From Opitutales bacterium (GTDB taxonomy: Bacteria; Verrucomicrobiota; Verrucomicrobiia; Opitutales; Coraliomargaritaceae): DNA of 32,000 nt. A program made the position numbers and the translations under genes. The notes beneath the pieces are model-generated. The model did no database searches. It was given only the letters and a program-made list of their open reading frames with translations, and was not told the DNA's origin. Shown piece after piece: positions 1-8,820 of this stretch (position 1 is the stretch's first letter; each line of letters starts with the position of its first letter). Location of the stretch: NCBI GenBank assembly GCA_049606355.1, contig JBMYVL010000006.1, positions 1-32,000 on the forward strand, written 5' to 3'.

Positions 1-347
1 ATGTTAAAACTACCGGGCTCGATGTCGACGAATACCGGTTTGGCGCCAAGGCGCACGATGGAGCCGACCGTCCCGAAGAAAGTGTAGGGACTGGTAATCA
101 CCTCATCGCCTTCGCCGATGCCCATTGCCAGCATCGCCACGATCAACGCATCCGTGCCGGACGAGACACCGATGCCGTGGCTCACGCCACAATACTCGGC
201 TACGTTCGCTTCAAAGTTTGAAACCGTCGGCCCCAGAATAAAATACTGCGATGCGGTAACCTCGGCGACGGCGGCATCGAGCTCGCTTTGCAGTGCTTGG
301 TACTGCGGCTTGAGGTCGAGCAGTGGAACGGGGATGGGTTTGGCCAT
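1..347 (-). CDS. DegT/DnrJ/EryC1/StrS-family PLP-dependent sugar aminotransferase, N-terminal part (gene runs off the left edge)
   Basis: Absent from the ORF track because it has no in-window stop. My reverse translation from the ATG at 345-347 gives [115 protein letters not shown]. The LDLKxQY, GxxVxxFE..YCG, SGTDAL and SPYTF..T motifs are the typical N-terminus of this family. Confidence 0.85.
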   Translation of the reverse strand, partial: MAKPIPVPLLDLKPQYQALQSELDAAVAEVTASQYFILGPTVSNFEANVAEYCGVSHGIGVSSGTDALIVAMLAMGIGEGDEVITSPYTFFGTVGSIVRLGAKPVFVDIEPGSFN

Positions 348-468
348 AATTGAAGGGGAGGACTTGAATTTGAAAATAGAGAGTGAATCCTGGCTAAACG
401 TAAACCTTGAAAGCTAAAGAATGAAAGGTGTGCGTTCGATAACAACACTTAGGTGGTGCTTCCTGAAG

Positions 469-2652
469 CTATCCTTTGACAGCAGAATTCGTAACGAGGT
501 AGATCGGCGCCTCCCCGACATCCGTCGCCTCGATCTCGTTGCCTTGTGAGTCCAGAATCTTGTCAACCTTCGTCGGCCATGGCTCGTTGAATGTTCGGCC
601 GTTGCACCAGATCAGGGTTACCCAATCCTTTTCTCTTTTAAAGCGTAGGGCATATACATCGCTTGGCGTGGGAAGCTGTTCAATGAAAGTTGCATTGCCG
701 ATTTCCTTTAAGAAGGTCTGTAGCATTGGGAATCCTACACGCCGTTGCCAACCTTCTGCCGCACGCTCATCGACGAGTCCGAATCCATGAGATACTAAGC
801 GCCACCAGAAAATTTGATCAACAAAGCCTGAGCAAAGAACGAGTGCGAGATAGCGGATCATATAATGCCCGTATTGCGTTTCGCTCACATGAACCTTACT
901 GCTTCTTGCTTTGTTGAGTAGGTAGGAGGCGGCCACGGGTGACCACACGCCTGTGTCGACTAGTGGCCAGTTGACTTCCGAGACGATCACACGTGCATCA
1001 CATTGCTTGGCATGGATCGCGGCGGCCTTCAGTAGGGCAGCTTTTTCGACGCTTCCGAAGCGTCCCTGAAGATTTTCTGGTGCACCGCGTCGATCTACGT
1101 AGAGATGATGTGACAGCGCATCGAATCTCAGGCCTTTCGGCAGGTTATCTAGTGCCGTGACCGTGTAGTGCATCTCAAAGTCGATACATGCAGGCCCTCC
1201 GATGTGAATGCTGGGGTATTTCTTCCTCAGCGAGACCAGAGGGCGCATCAAGGCATTATATTCATTCAAATTATGAATGCCCCATTTAACACGATTGATG
1301 ACATGGCCAACTTCGACCAGTTCCACTTTACCCTCTAAACGCGCAAAGAGGTATTCCAAGAATTCGCCCCACGACTGGGGCTCTAAGACGGCTCTCCGAT
1401 CCTGTAAGACTGCGACCGACACCGTATGACCCGCCTCGCGAAGCTGGTCTAGGCACTTTAGCGATCGATCCCATTGCTCTTGCCCCTGATGGTGCCCGAT
1501 GCGGATGAGGACCGGCATCGGATCTGCGAGTTCCGCAAGCAGTTCGAATTGCTTTTCAAACTCTATGTCTGCGGGTTCGAGGCACATGCCCACACGACCT
1601 GCCATTGAGACGGGTTGCTTAAACGCCTCTGCCATTTGTTGGGCATAGATACGCTTGATGCCAAACACAGCTTTCAAGCTGGAGTAGCCGACCTTTAGGT
1701 GGTTCAGCCACGAATGGCATTGCTTTCGATCCGTTTTATTGAGGATAATGGCAGCCTGGCCGGATCGATCATCCCAGATCCAGACGTCTTTCATCTTAAG
1801 GCTCTGCTTGCCTGCTGCTTTCCTGGCTTTTCGAAGTGTCTGTAGCGGGTGGCGCAAACGCCGACTCTTCTGCCACCAATCGAAACGGCGACGGGATTTT
1901 GCCAGCTCTCGGCTAAACTCTGCCGGGGCTATGGACTGCCAATAAATGCGAATGAGAATGTCGAAAAAGGCGGAGGGCAGCTTCAAGCGGGAGAAGTCTT
2001 GGGCCCGCTCCACGAGACTGAGTTCTGTGCGCATTCGCCCCCGATTCAAATCAAGAAAGTAGACGGAATATTTGCCGCTCGCCGGGTCTTTCAGCAGTTC
2101 AATATTTTGGTTGCCCAGATCGCGATGGCAGAAACCAGCATCGTGCATCCTGCGCATAGCGGTTCCCACATCTTCCAATAAATTGACGAGCTTTGCGCAT
2201 GGGCCGTTGGATGCGTAGAGCTTCAACAGCGCGGTCTTGAAGCTCTCCAACTCGCCGAGATAATCCGAGAGGTAAAAGCTCTCTACTAACTCCTGGCCTT
2301 TCCAGCGTTCCAGATAGGCTATTGGTGGGGGCGTGGCGACGCCGTGCTCTTGCAGGAACGCCGCAGCCTGAAAGGAGCGAGCCGCCTTGCTGCCGCGTGT
2401 GTGGTCATAGCGATCTTTCCAGCTTGGTTGCTTGCCGAAATACTTGACGGCGACGGCATGTGTTTTGCCATCATACTCGAAATTCAGCACGACTACTTGA
2501 TGGCGCTTCCGAATGAGGACTCCTTCAGTGGCTGCCATGACCTCCTTAGCTAGACCTGATAAGCGCCGCTCGGTCAGCGCCTCTAGCCACTCTGGTCGCG
2601 ATTCCCCGGTGAAACCATCACGGTTGATTGGTGTAAATTTGCTTTCGTTCAC
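469..2652 (-). CDS. Fusion protein: N-terminal Kdo/WaaP-family (LPS) kinase domain plus C-terminal ~450-aa TIM-barrel/glycoside-hydrolase-like domain
   Basis: 727-aa ORF. The N-terminal part has VAVKYFG (ATP-binding Lys context), HDAGFCHRDLGNQNIEL (HRD catalytic loop with Asn) and YFLDLNRG. The C-terminal part (from about MAGRVGMCLEP) has alternating beta/alpha-like segments with VELVEVGHVINRVKWG and ARVIVSEVNWPL, which resemble clan GH-A strand-4 and strand-7 motifs. Confidence 0.7.
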   Translation of the reverse strand: MNESKFTPINRDGFTGESRPEWLEALTERRLSGLAKEVMAATEGVLIRKRHQVVVLNFEYDGKTHAVAVKYFGKQPSWKDRYDHTRGSKAARSFQAAAFLQEHGVATPPPIAYLERWKGQELVESFYLSDYLGELESFKTALLKLYASNGPCAKLVNLLEDVGTAMRRMHDAGFCHRDLGNQNIELLKDPASGKYSVYFLDLNRGRMRTELSLVERAQDFSRLKLPSAFFDILIRIYWQSIAPAEFSRELAKSRRRFDWWQKSRRLRHPLQTLRKARKAAGKQSLKMKDVWIWDDRSGQAAIILNKTDRKQCHSWLNHLKVGYSSLKAVFGIKRIYAQQMAEAFKQPVSMAGRVGMCLEPADIEFEKQFELLAELADPMPVLIRIGHHQGQEQWDRSLKCLDQLREAGHTVSVAVLQDRRAVLEPQSWGEFLEYLFARLEGKVELVEVGHVINRVKWGIHNLNEYNALMRPLVSLRKKYPSIHIGGPACIDFEMHYTVTALDNLPKGLRFDALSHHLYVDRRGAPENLQGRFGSVEKAALLKAAAIHAKQCDARVIVSEVNWPLVDTGVWSPVAASYLLNKARSSKVHVSETQYGHYMIRYLALVLCSGFVDQIFWWRLVSHGFGLVDERAAEGWQRRVGFPMLQTFLKEIGNATFIEQLPTPSDVYALRFKREKDWVTLIWCNGRTFNEPWPTKVDKILDSQGNEIEATDVGEAPIYLVTNSAVKG

Positions 2653-2696
2653 GCTCTTTCAGGGCTACTTGTTGGGTGCGTTTTACGACGGTAGAA

Positions 2697-3752
2697 TTAT
2701 TCGTCAATTTGTAATCCTCGCAGAAAGTCGGTCAGCGTTCGTGCCTCATTTTCCAGAGAATAATTTGCCTCGACCTCACGCCTGCCGGCCTTGCCCATTT
2801 TTTCAAGTAAAGGGATACTGCCGAGCAGGTTTTCAAGTACGTTACGAGTGGCCTGAAGATCGTCGCAAGGAACGATCTGTCCGGTCTTTCCTGTGATGAC
2901 GATGTCCTTCCAAGCACCCGCTTCGGAAGCCAGCACCGCTACTCCGCTCGCCATCGCCTCGAGCACGGTTAGGCCGAAGCCTTCGTTGCGACTAAGGGCG
3001 ACTACCAGGTGCATCGCTCGGAAGAGTTCGGGGAGTTCGGAAAAGGGGCGTTTGCCGAGAAACACAAAGCGATCGTCAAGCCCAGCAGCGGATATTTTAG
3101 TCTTCAGATCCTGAACAAACTTTTGATGCCCAGCGGTCGTTTCTCCACAGACAACGATGGTAAAATCCGGAAAATTTTCGAGCAGGGGGAGTGCGGCTTC
3201 GATGAGGAGATCCACGCCTTTTTGGTGCCGAACGCGTCCGAAGATACCGATCCCATACTTCCCCGGCAGTCCCAGCTTCTTCCAGAGTGCTGCACGGTCC
3301 TCACTCGGATAGTAGCGCGATAGGTCGACGCCGTGGGGACAGATAATATCTGCGCCTCCTTCGATGTAGGCGGCTGCGGTCGTTGAGGTCGAGATGACGG
3401 CATCGGATTCCCGAATGAGCCAACGAGTGATCCAGCTGTGTTTGCGTTGCGCAGTTGAGGTAAAGGCGATTTTGAGGGGTGCTCTAGAGAGTGCTTTGAG
3501 CGCCAAAGCCTGCAGCACCTCGTTGTTTCGGCGAGCGTGAAAGATGCGTGGCTTACCATCAGGCAAGGGCGTTTTGCAGAGCTTGAGTGCGTCGCCGAAG
3601 CTTATAGCGCTTACATCATTGGGTAGGTGGTGCTTCCCAAGCACTGCGAGTGGAATCAGGCCCTTCTGATGCTCCAAAACCTGCAGCATCGTGGAGGTCA
3701 CTCCGGAGAAGCGCTTATTGGAGTTTCCAAGAATGAGTTCGGTCTCTTGCAT
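2697..3752 (-). CDS. Glycosyltransferase family 4 (GT-B), possibly LpcC/LpsB-like core mannosyltransferase
   Basis: 351 aa. The C-terminal motif SRNEGFGLTVLEAMASGVAVLAS is the E-x7-E GT4 signature. The N-terminal NKRFSGVTSTMLQV resembles, from my memory, the LpcC-type core mannosyltransferases; that subfamily assignment is weak. Confidence 0.8.
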   Translation of the reverse strand: MQETELILGNSNKRFSGVTSTMLQVLEHQKGLIPLAVLGKHHLPNDVSAISFGDALKLCKTPLPDGKPRIFHARRNNEVLQALALKALSRAPLKIAFTSTAQRKHSWITRWLIRESDAVISTSTTAAAYIEGGADIICPHGVDLSRYYPSEDRAALWKKLGLPGKYGIGIFGRVRHQKGVDLLIEAALPLLENFPDFTIVVCGETTAGHQKFVQDLKTKISAAGLDDRFVFLGKRPFSELPELFRAMHLVVALSRNEGFGLTVLEAMASGVAVLASEAGAWKDIVITGKTGQIVPCDDLQATRNVLENLLGSIPLLEKMGKAGRREVEANYSLENEARTLTDFLRGLQIDE

Positions 3753-3770
3753 CTGCCTGAATCGTTCGCG

Positions 3771-4715
3771 CTAATTTTTCAATTCCTCAAGGCAACCGAT
3801 AAACCGCTCCTCGAACTGGCGATGATTTTGAGTCGTCCAGGCTCGGGCGTTCTCTCGAATCAAATCTGCACGGTCTTCTGATAGGGAGAGCGCTTGGTCG
3901 ATTGTTTCCTCCAGCGCGTTGGAATCGCAGAAGAAATTTGTGCCGAGATGTCTCGGTTCGGTTTGGTTTGGCTGAACAAGTAATCCGCGGTCCGGCTGCA
4001 CAAGCTCGTTCATCGGCGGGCCATCAGTGCTGATGACAATCGCTTTGCAGGCCATGGCTTCGACAATGTAGTGGCCCCAGCCCTCAGATCGAGAAGGACA
4101 GAGGTGAATCGGATGCTCGTTGTAGAGGCGCTTAATTTCACTGTCTTCGAGATAGTCAGATATTAGATTAACATTCTGTGGGACCGATTGAGGTGCATTC
4201 TCGCGGCACTGCACGAGTGTTAGAGTCGGGAGATCGGGACGCCGGCGCCAAATTTCCAGTATGCTTTCGGTGCCCTTTAAAGTGCTCCGACCTGCAAGAT
4301 GCAGAATTTTCAAGGACTTGCGTGGGACATCCCGATCGTAGAGATCCTTCGAGGTGAACCCGGTGAAGTGGCAGGAAGGGTGGTGTTTCTGGAAAATTGC
4401 CAGAGCATGCTGACTCTTGCAGAAGACGTGGTCGATTTTGCGAAGCCGACCAAGATGCCTTTCCGGAAAGCGTTCCTGATTGGGTATTAGGATATTCTTA
4501 CGCGCTGAACCCAGCCACCGCGTGAAGATGCGTTCCAGAAAGATATTCGCATCGAAGCGTTGTCTTGCAGGAAACCAATTCCGCAGAGGAGAAATGGACC
4601 GACAGTGGCTGATCGTAACTTTGTGGCCGGCCTTGCTTGCTACCTCATGAACGAGGTCAACATCGCGATCGAGACCGACGCCATTCGTACGAGCGATGAT
4701 GTTGATTTGTGGCAT
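3771..4715 (-). CDS. Glycosyltransferase (GT-B fold, group 1-like)
   Basis: SRSEGWGHYIVEAMACKAIVISTDGPPMNELV is a GT1/GT4-type motif. I prefer the ATG at 4715 (MPQINIIARTNGVGLDRD...), because the 37-aa extension to 4826 is Arg/Ser-rich and looks non-coding. Confidence 0.75.
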   Translation of the reverse strand: MPQINIIARTNGVGLDRDVDLVHEVASKAGHKVTISHCRSISPLRNWFPARQRFDANIFLERIFTRWLGSARKNILIPNQERFPERHLGRLRKIDHVFCKSQHALAIFQKHHPSCHFTGFTSKDLYDRDVPRKSLKILHLAGRSTLKGTESILEIWRRRPDLPTLTLVQCRENAPQSVPQNVNLISDYLEDSEIKRLYNEHPIHLCPSRSEGWGHYIVEAMACKAIVISTDGPPMNELVQPDRGLLVQPNQTEPRHLGTNFFCDSNALEETIDQALSLSEDRADLIRENARAWTTQNHRQFEERFIGCLEELKN

Positions 4716-4869
4716 GGGATATATTTTAAAAGATCTGATGTGATCTTCCTCGTGTTGGTCTAAAAGGTGTAAATCAGATGAGCACGAGAAAGGTCTTGTG
4801 CGTCTTCTTGTTAATTTGCAAGGCAACCGTAGCCTTTTCGCTTATTAGGAGGGAAAGAGTAATTAGTGC

Positions 4870-5979
4870 CTATGAGAGGTTGCTGTAAATCCCTTTCAGT
4901 TTCTTGATTGTAGACCGTGTTGAAAACGAGCTTCGTATTGCCTCCAAAGCAACAGGGAAATTAAAGGACTCATATAGATCTTTGGGTGATTTTTTTATGA
5001 GTGGGAGCAACTTATTCGCCAAATCCTTTGGCTTACTAGTTTTGTGCAAGAATTCTCGATTCGGTATGAAGTTTGGTATCATACCAGTTTCACCAGCAAT
5101 TAAAGGCACGCCTGTGGCAACACATTCGAGTGCCGCCATACCAAAGCTCTCACTACGTGATGGATGGAGTGCTAACGAGTATTTTACGAGGTGTTCCCTG
5201 TAGTTTTCAGTCACACCAATGAACTTTACCTCAATCCGCTTCAATTCTACTATTCTAGGTAGCAAGCGCTGCAATTCATTAGGCGCTCCGCAATCACCGA
5301 GGAAATGAAATTCCGGCAATGGCTCGTTAGGTAACGTTGATTCGATTAGCAACAATGCTTCGATCAGGTCCTGCCAGCCTTTACGCGGGGATATCGAGCC
5401 GAGCACGACAATCTTGTCGACTCGAGCTAATGAGGTGGGCGGCATTTGAATAATTTCATCATCGCTTATGCCGTCATAGACTAGAGTTAAACGAGATGAA
5501 GATAGCCATTCCGAAACTCTGTCGTACAGTTTATTACCAACCGCAGTGACGTGTTGATGCTTCCCGCATTGATACTTTTGGAAATCTCTCTGGCTCATTG
5601 TTGGAGTGCGGAGAGTAATCACCGATGGAGCATTTAGCTCTCTTGCCACAGCTAAGCCCAGTAGGCTGTCTGGGTGGTCGTTGCTATGGACAATCCAATC
5701 TGTCTGATTTGGAAAATGCTTTCTTAGATTAGCTACTACCCTCCTTCCGAAGGATTTGTTTTTCCATAGCTTGGCTTGAAGGCTTCGGGAAGAGGGAAAT
5801 GGCAGTGTGAAAAAGTCCACCCCAGCATCGACGCATGCATCTGTGAGCCATCCTTTTTTTTTACTAAGTAGGCATGGTGCGTGATCGTGTAGTCCTTCAG
5901 AAACGAGCAAGCGAGAGAGACACTTCTGCGCGCCAGCCAAATGAACTGAATTTTGAATGTAGAGTAGCTTGGGAGGCAT
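4870..5979 (-). CDS. Glycosyltransferase family 4 (GT-B)
   Basis: 369 aa. MPPKLLYIQNSVHLAGAQK is a typical GT4 N-terminus and HPSRSESFGMAALECVATGVPLIAGETG is the E-x7-E motif. The gene is AT-richer than its flanks. Confidence 0.85.
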   Translation of the reverse strand: MPPKLLYIQNSVHLAGAQKCLSRLLVSEGLHDHAPCLLSKKKGWLTDACVDAGVDFFTLPFPSSRSLQAKLWKNKSFGRRVVANLRKHFPNQTDWIVHSNDHPDSLLGLAVARELNAPSVITLRTPTMSQRDFQKYQCGKHQHVTAVGNKLYDRVSEWLSSSRLTLVYDGISDDEIIQMPPTSLARVDKIVVLGSISPRKGWQDLIEALLLIESTLPNEPLPEFHFLGDCGAPNELQRLLPRIVELKRIEVKFIGVTENYREHLVKYSLALHPSRSESFGMAALECVATGVPLIAGETGMIPNFIPNREFLHKTSKPKDLANKLLPLIKKSPKDLYESFNFPVALEAIRSSFSTRSTIKKLKGIYSNLS

Positions 5980-6007
5980 AAATGATGGCTTCTTCGTTAA
6001 GTTTTTA

Positions 6008-6694
6008 TCAGATTAAGACTGCGATTGTGTCGGCTTTAATGTGAAGCAATTGATAGCCATTAGTTTTGAGCAGCGCTTCTACCCCTTCTTTATCGGCTTC
6101 GATTAAGTTTCTGTGTTCGTACTTGATAATACTTGGTTTGATACGTTGAAAATCGATCATCTTGATAACTTCACCATCATAACCTTCGGCATCGATTTGT
6201 AGTAGGTTGACGTGCGTGAGCTTGTTTTCTCCAATTATGCTCATTAAATGTTTCGCTTCGACTTCTTCGGTAATTATGTGATCTGTAGAGATACCTGATT
6301 TTTTGTGATGCTCGGGATCAATAGAGCCAATCCCTTGTGACCATTCTGGGAGTGTGCCAATTATTTTGGGGTCTACATGATATAACTTAACGTATTTTTC
6401 AGATGAATGGACGGCGCAGTTGATTGCTGTAATTGCTGGGAAGGCTGAATAGACACTGTTTAATTTGGTGAAGTAGTGTTTTAGAGGTTCGATAACAAGA
6501 CCTCTTACCTTACGCTTGACGACAAAAGTGAATAGATCGTCGAACTTAACTCCATCATTTGCACCTATTTGGATGAAGCAAAAATTATCGGTATTCTTAT
6601 ACTCGCAATCGAGTAGTTCCTTGAAACGATCAATTTTTTCAATTTTGTATCCTTTGATTGCTAATAGCTTATTTAGGAAATCTCGTAGTGTCAT
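6008..6694 (-). CDS. FkbM-family SAM-dependent methyltransferase
   Basis: 228 aa. FIQIGANDGVKFDDL is the FkbM glycine-rich SAM motif, and LLQIDAEGYDGEVI is the family hallmark (IDxEGxE). Confidence 0.85.
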   Translation of the reverse strand: MTLRDFLNKLLAIKGYKIEKIDRFKELLDCEYKNTDNFCFIQIGANDGVKFDDLFTFVVKRKVRGLVIEPLKHYFTKLNSVYSAFPAITAINCAVHSSEKYVKLYHVDPKIIGTLPEWSQGIGSIDPEHHKKSGISTDHIITEEVEAKHLMSIIGENKLTHVNLLQIDAEGYDGEVIKMIDFQRIKPSIIKYEHRNLIEADKEGVEALLKTNGYQLLHIKADTIAVLI

Positions 6695-6729
6695 GGTTCG
6701 TATTTCTTATTGAAGTTATTGGTCAGTGT

Positions 6730-7703
6730 ATCTGATGTATCATAAGTTGTGGTTGATGCAAGCCGGTAGGCTTGTATCCCTGCCCCACGCGGGGGCGCGA
6801 TTTTTTCCTCAAACTTGAGCGGGCTTTTATAGCCGAGCGAGGAGTGTTTCCTGAAGCAGTTATAAAAAACCTCGATATACTCGAAGACGTTGCTTCGTGC
6901 TGCGGCCTCGTCGAAGAAGACTTCGCCGCCGACCGTCGATGTCTTACATCTGCCATAGAAGGATTCCTGTGCGGCATTGTCGTAGCAGTTGCCCTTGGCG
7001 CTCATGCTTTGCTCTATCCCGAAGGAGCGAAGCATCGCTTCGTAATCATAGCTGGCATAGGTGCTGCCTCGGTCGCTGTGATGGATTAGTCCCTTGGGTA
7101 GCTTACCACCACGGGTGAACACGGTGCACTGCAAGGCCCAGCAGGCCAGTTTGGAGTCGTTTCGGGCCGAGACACGATCCAACCGATGGTTCGGCGACTG
7201 TATAAGTCCATCACAGTCGCCAGATAGCACCAGCCGTGCTGCACCTTTAGATAAGTCGTATCCGCCACCCAGACCTGATCGCAGCGAGTCGGTGTCCCAA
7301 GATCACGCTGTCGGTTGGGACTATGATCGAAGTCATGCTACTGTTGGTGGCGAGTGGCTTAAAGCCCTTCTTCTGCCTTCCTACGATGCCCAGTTCCTTC
7401 ATCAGGCGAAGCGTGCGGTCACGACCGCAGTCAAACGCCTCTTCCTGAAGATGGTGGTAGATCGGACGATGGCCATAGCGGCCACCGGCCTGCTTGTGCA
7501 GCTCAGCTATACGCTCTTTGATGTCAGCATCTTCGATACTCCGTGCACTCGGCCTCCAGCTCAGCAGTCATAGTAACCGCTGCGACTGAGCCCGAAGTAA
7601 TCGCATAGCTTGCCTACGCTGTAACGACCATGGTGGTCATCTATAAAACGATACTGCATTACGCGTTTTTGCTGAAGTAGCCCACCGTTTTTTAATATCT
7701 CAT
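6730..7703 (-). pseudogene. IS3-family orfB (rve/DDE integrase-core transposase), multiple frameshifts and stops
   Basis: Fragments lie in different frames: MNEILKNGGLLQQKRVMQYRFIDDHHGRYSVGKLCDYFGLSRSGYY (from 7703), ADTTYLKVQHGWCYLATVMDLYSRRTIGW (7086-7268), and LIHHSDRGSTYASYDYEAMLRSFGIEQSMSAKGNCYDNAAQESFYG...FYNCFRKHSSLGYKSPLKFEE (within 6691-7230). The DDE-core motifs are recognisable but not contiguous. Confidence 0.7.
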
Positions 7704-7710
7704 TCATCCG

Positions 7711-7949
7711 CTATGCTTTAGTCAAGCGCTTGCGGAGATAGGCGTTCTCGGCGGCTAATGCCTTCGGGCTCTGTGCACCTTCTGGTGTCTGCGCTTCCAT
7801 GCCATCCAGATGCTTCGTTTTCCATGCATGTAGGGAGAGCCGGTCGATACGTCCAGCTTCTCGGAAACCTCGTTAACGGATAATCCGTCTATAGATAGGA
7901 GTTTGACTGCCTCGTTTTTAAACTCGGCACTGTGCCGTCGTCTTTGCAT
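7711..7949 (-). pseudogene. IS3-family orfA (HTH transposase N-terminal protein), frameshifted
   Basis: MQRRRHSAEFKNEAVKLLSIDGLSVNEVSEKLDVS matches the IS3/IS911 orfA HTH. At about 7850-7860 the sensible continuation (IDRLSLHAWKTKHLDGMEAQTPEGAQSPKALAAENAYLRKRLTKA, leucine-zipper-like) moves to another frame in my hand translation. Confidence 0.65.
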
Positions 7950-8066
7950 GGTTGGTTCCTCTACTTGAGAGAACCCCGTGTCCACTTTTCTCAGGACATA
8001 TCAGGACACATAACACATCAGATTAACTAGTTGCTTTAAGCGTTTTGGGCTATCTATGTTCTGGTT

Positions 8067-8762
8067 ATGAAGATTATCACAGTCCTAAAAACTGGCGGGG
8101 AATTCAAGGAAAGACATGTTTTGGCTCTTCGGGATTCTTGCAATAAATTCGCTCCCGGTTGCGAATTTGTCTGTCTCACCGACATAGAACTTCAGTGCAA
8201 TACAATTCAACTTGAGCATGGATGGCCTGGTTGGTGGTCTAAAATGGAGTTATTCAAATTAGAAGGCCCGATACTCTACATCGATTTAGACACGATTATC
8301 ACGGGTGATCTTAGTGCTCTTGTTGCGAAGTTAATTGGGGAGAAGTTCTGTATCTTGAGGGATGTATGTAAGGGGAATGTGAATCATAAGGCTTTTATTG
8401 ATGAAAAGAAGATGGGTTCTGGGATTATGTTTTGGAAATCAGATATGAGATTTCTCTATGATGACTTTTTGAAAAAATCTGTTGAGTACATGGCAAAATT
8501 TAGAGGCGATCAGGATTACATAGAGTCAATCATGTGGGATCTCGATGTTACCTATTTACAGGATTTAACAGATTCGGTGGTTTCATTCAAAATCGATTTA
8601 GACCACGGTCGGAACTATGATCCTGCGATTCACCGGATCGTATTTTTTCATGGTAGGCCTAGGCCGTGGGAGCAGTCTTTAATTCCATGTGAACTCTACA
8701 AAATCGAGTGCGGCGCCCTTAGGAGGTTTAATATTTGGAGAAAAAATAAGTTTCGGAGATAA
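8067..8762 (+). CDS. Putative GT-A fold glycosyltransferase (GT8-like, DxD)
   Basis: 231 aa. WWSKMELFKLEGPILYIDLDTIITGDLSAL resembles the GT8 block (hydrophobic stretch, YLDxD, then several residues before dl..L). The assignment is by motif only. Confidence 0.5.
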   Translation: MKIITVLKTGGEFKERHVLALRDSCNKFAPGCEFVCLTDIELQCNTIQLEHGWPGWWSKMELFKLEGPILYIDLDTIITGDLSALVAKLIGEKFCILRDVCKGNVNHKAFIDEKKMGSGIMFWKSDMRFLYDDFLKKSVEYMAKFRGDQDYIESIMWDLDVTYLQDLTDSVVSFKIDLDHGRNYDPAIHRIVFFHGRPRPWEQSLIPCELYKIECGALRRFNIWRKNKFRR

Positions 8763-8820
8763 TAGCGCTTAAGTCTGGATTTTCTTTCAAGTACGTGATG
8801 GATTTAGCGCATCGAGAAAA

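Larger units (their letters stand above)
6730..8023 (-). mobile_element. Decayed IS3-family insertion sequence (~1.3 kb) with broken orfA and orfB
   Basis: Imperfect terminal inverted repeats: ATCTGATGT at 6730-6738 and its reverse complement ACATCAGAT at 8015-8023, with partial matching further inward. Between them lie IS3-type orfA and orfB remnants. The length is typical of the IS3 family. Confidence 0.75.

Noticed and set aside
118-417. 99-aa plus-strand ORF (and the 200-448 minus ORF) at the left edge
   Set aside because: They overlap the DegT-family aminotransferase reading frame, which gives a textbook N-terminal sequence. These alternatives are low in complexity.
3104-3559. 151-aa out-of-frame minus ORF inside the GT4 gene at 2697-3752; similar out-of-frame ORFs occur inside AddA (27781-28197, 26953-27309)
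   Set aside because: They are nested in other frames of well-supported genes and have no motifs.
6691-7230. 179-aa ORF as an intact, functional transposase
   Set aside because: It contains only the C-terminal half of an rve/DDE core. The N-terminal half and orfA lie in other frames with stops. The ORF also runs about 13 codons past the inverted-repeat end of the element.
7094-7573. 159-aa plus-strand ORF inside the IS3 remnant (also 6772-7089 and 6897-7118)
   Set aside because: These lie opposite the recognisable transposase fragments and have no motif. IS3 elements are not known to encode antisense proteins there.
7687-7693. A6C run as a functional programmed -1 frameshift site of the IS
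   Set aside because: In my frame reconstruction it lies downstream of the orfA stop (7711-7713), and the element carries several other disruptions. At best it is a relic.
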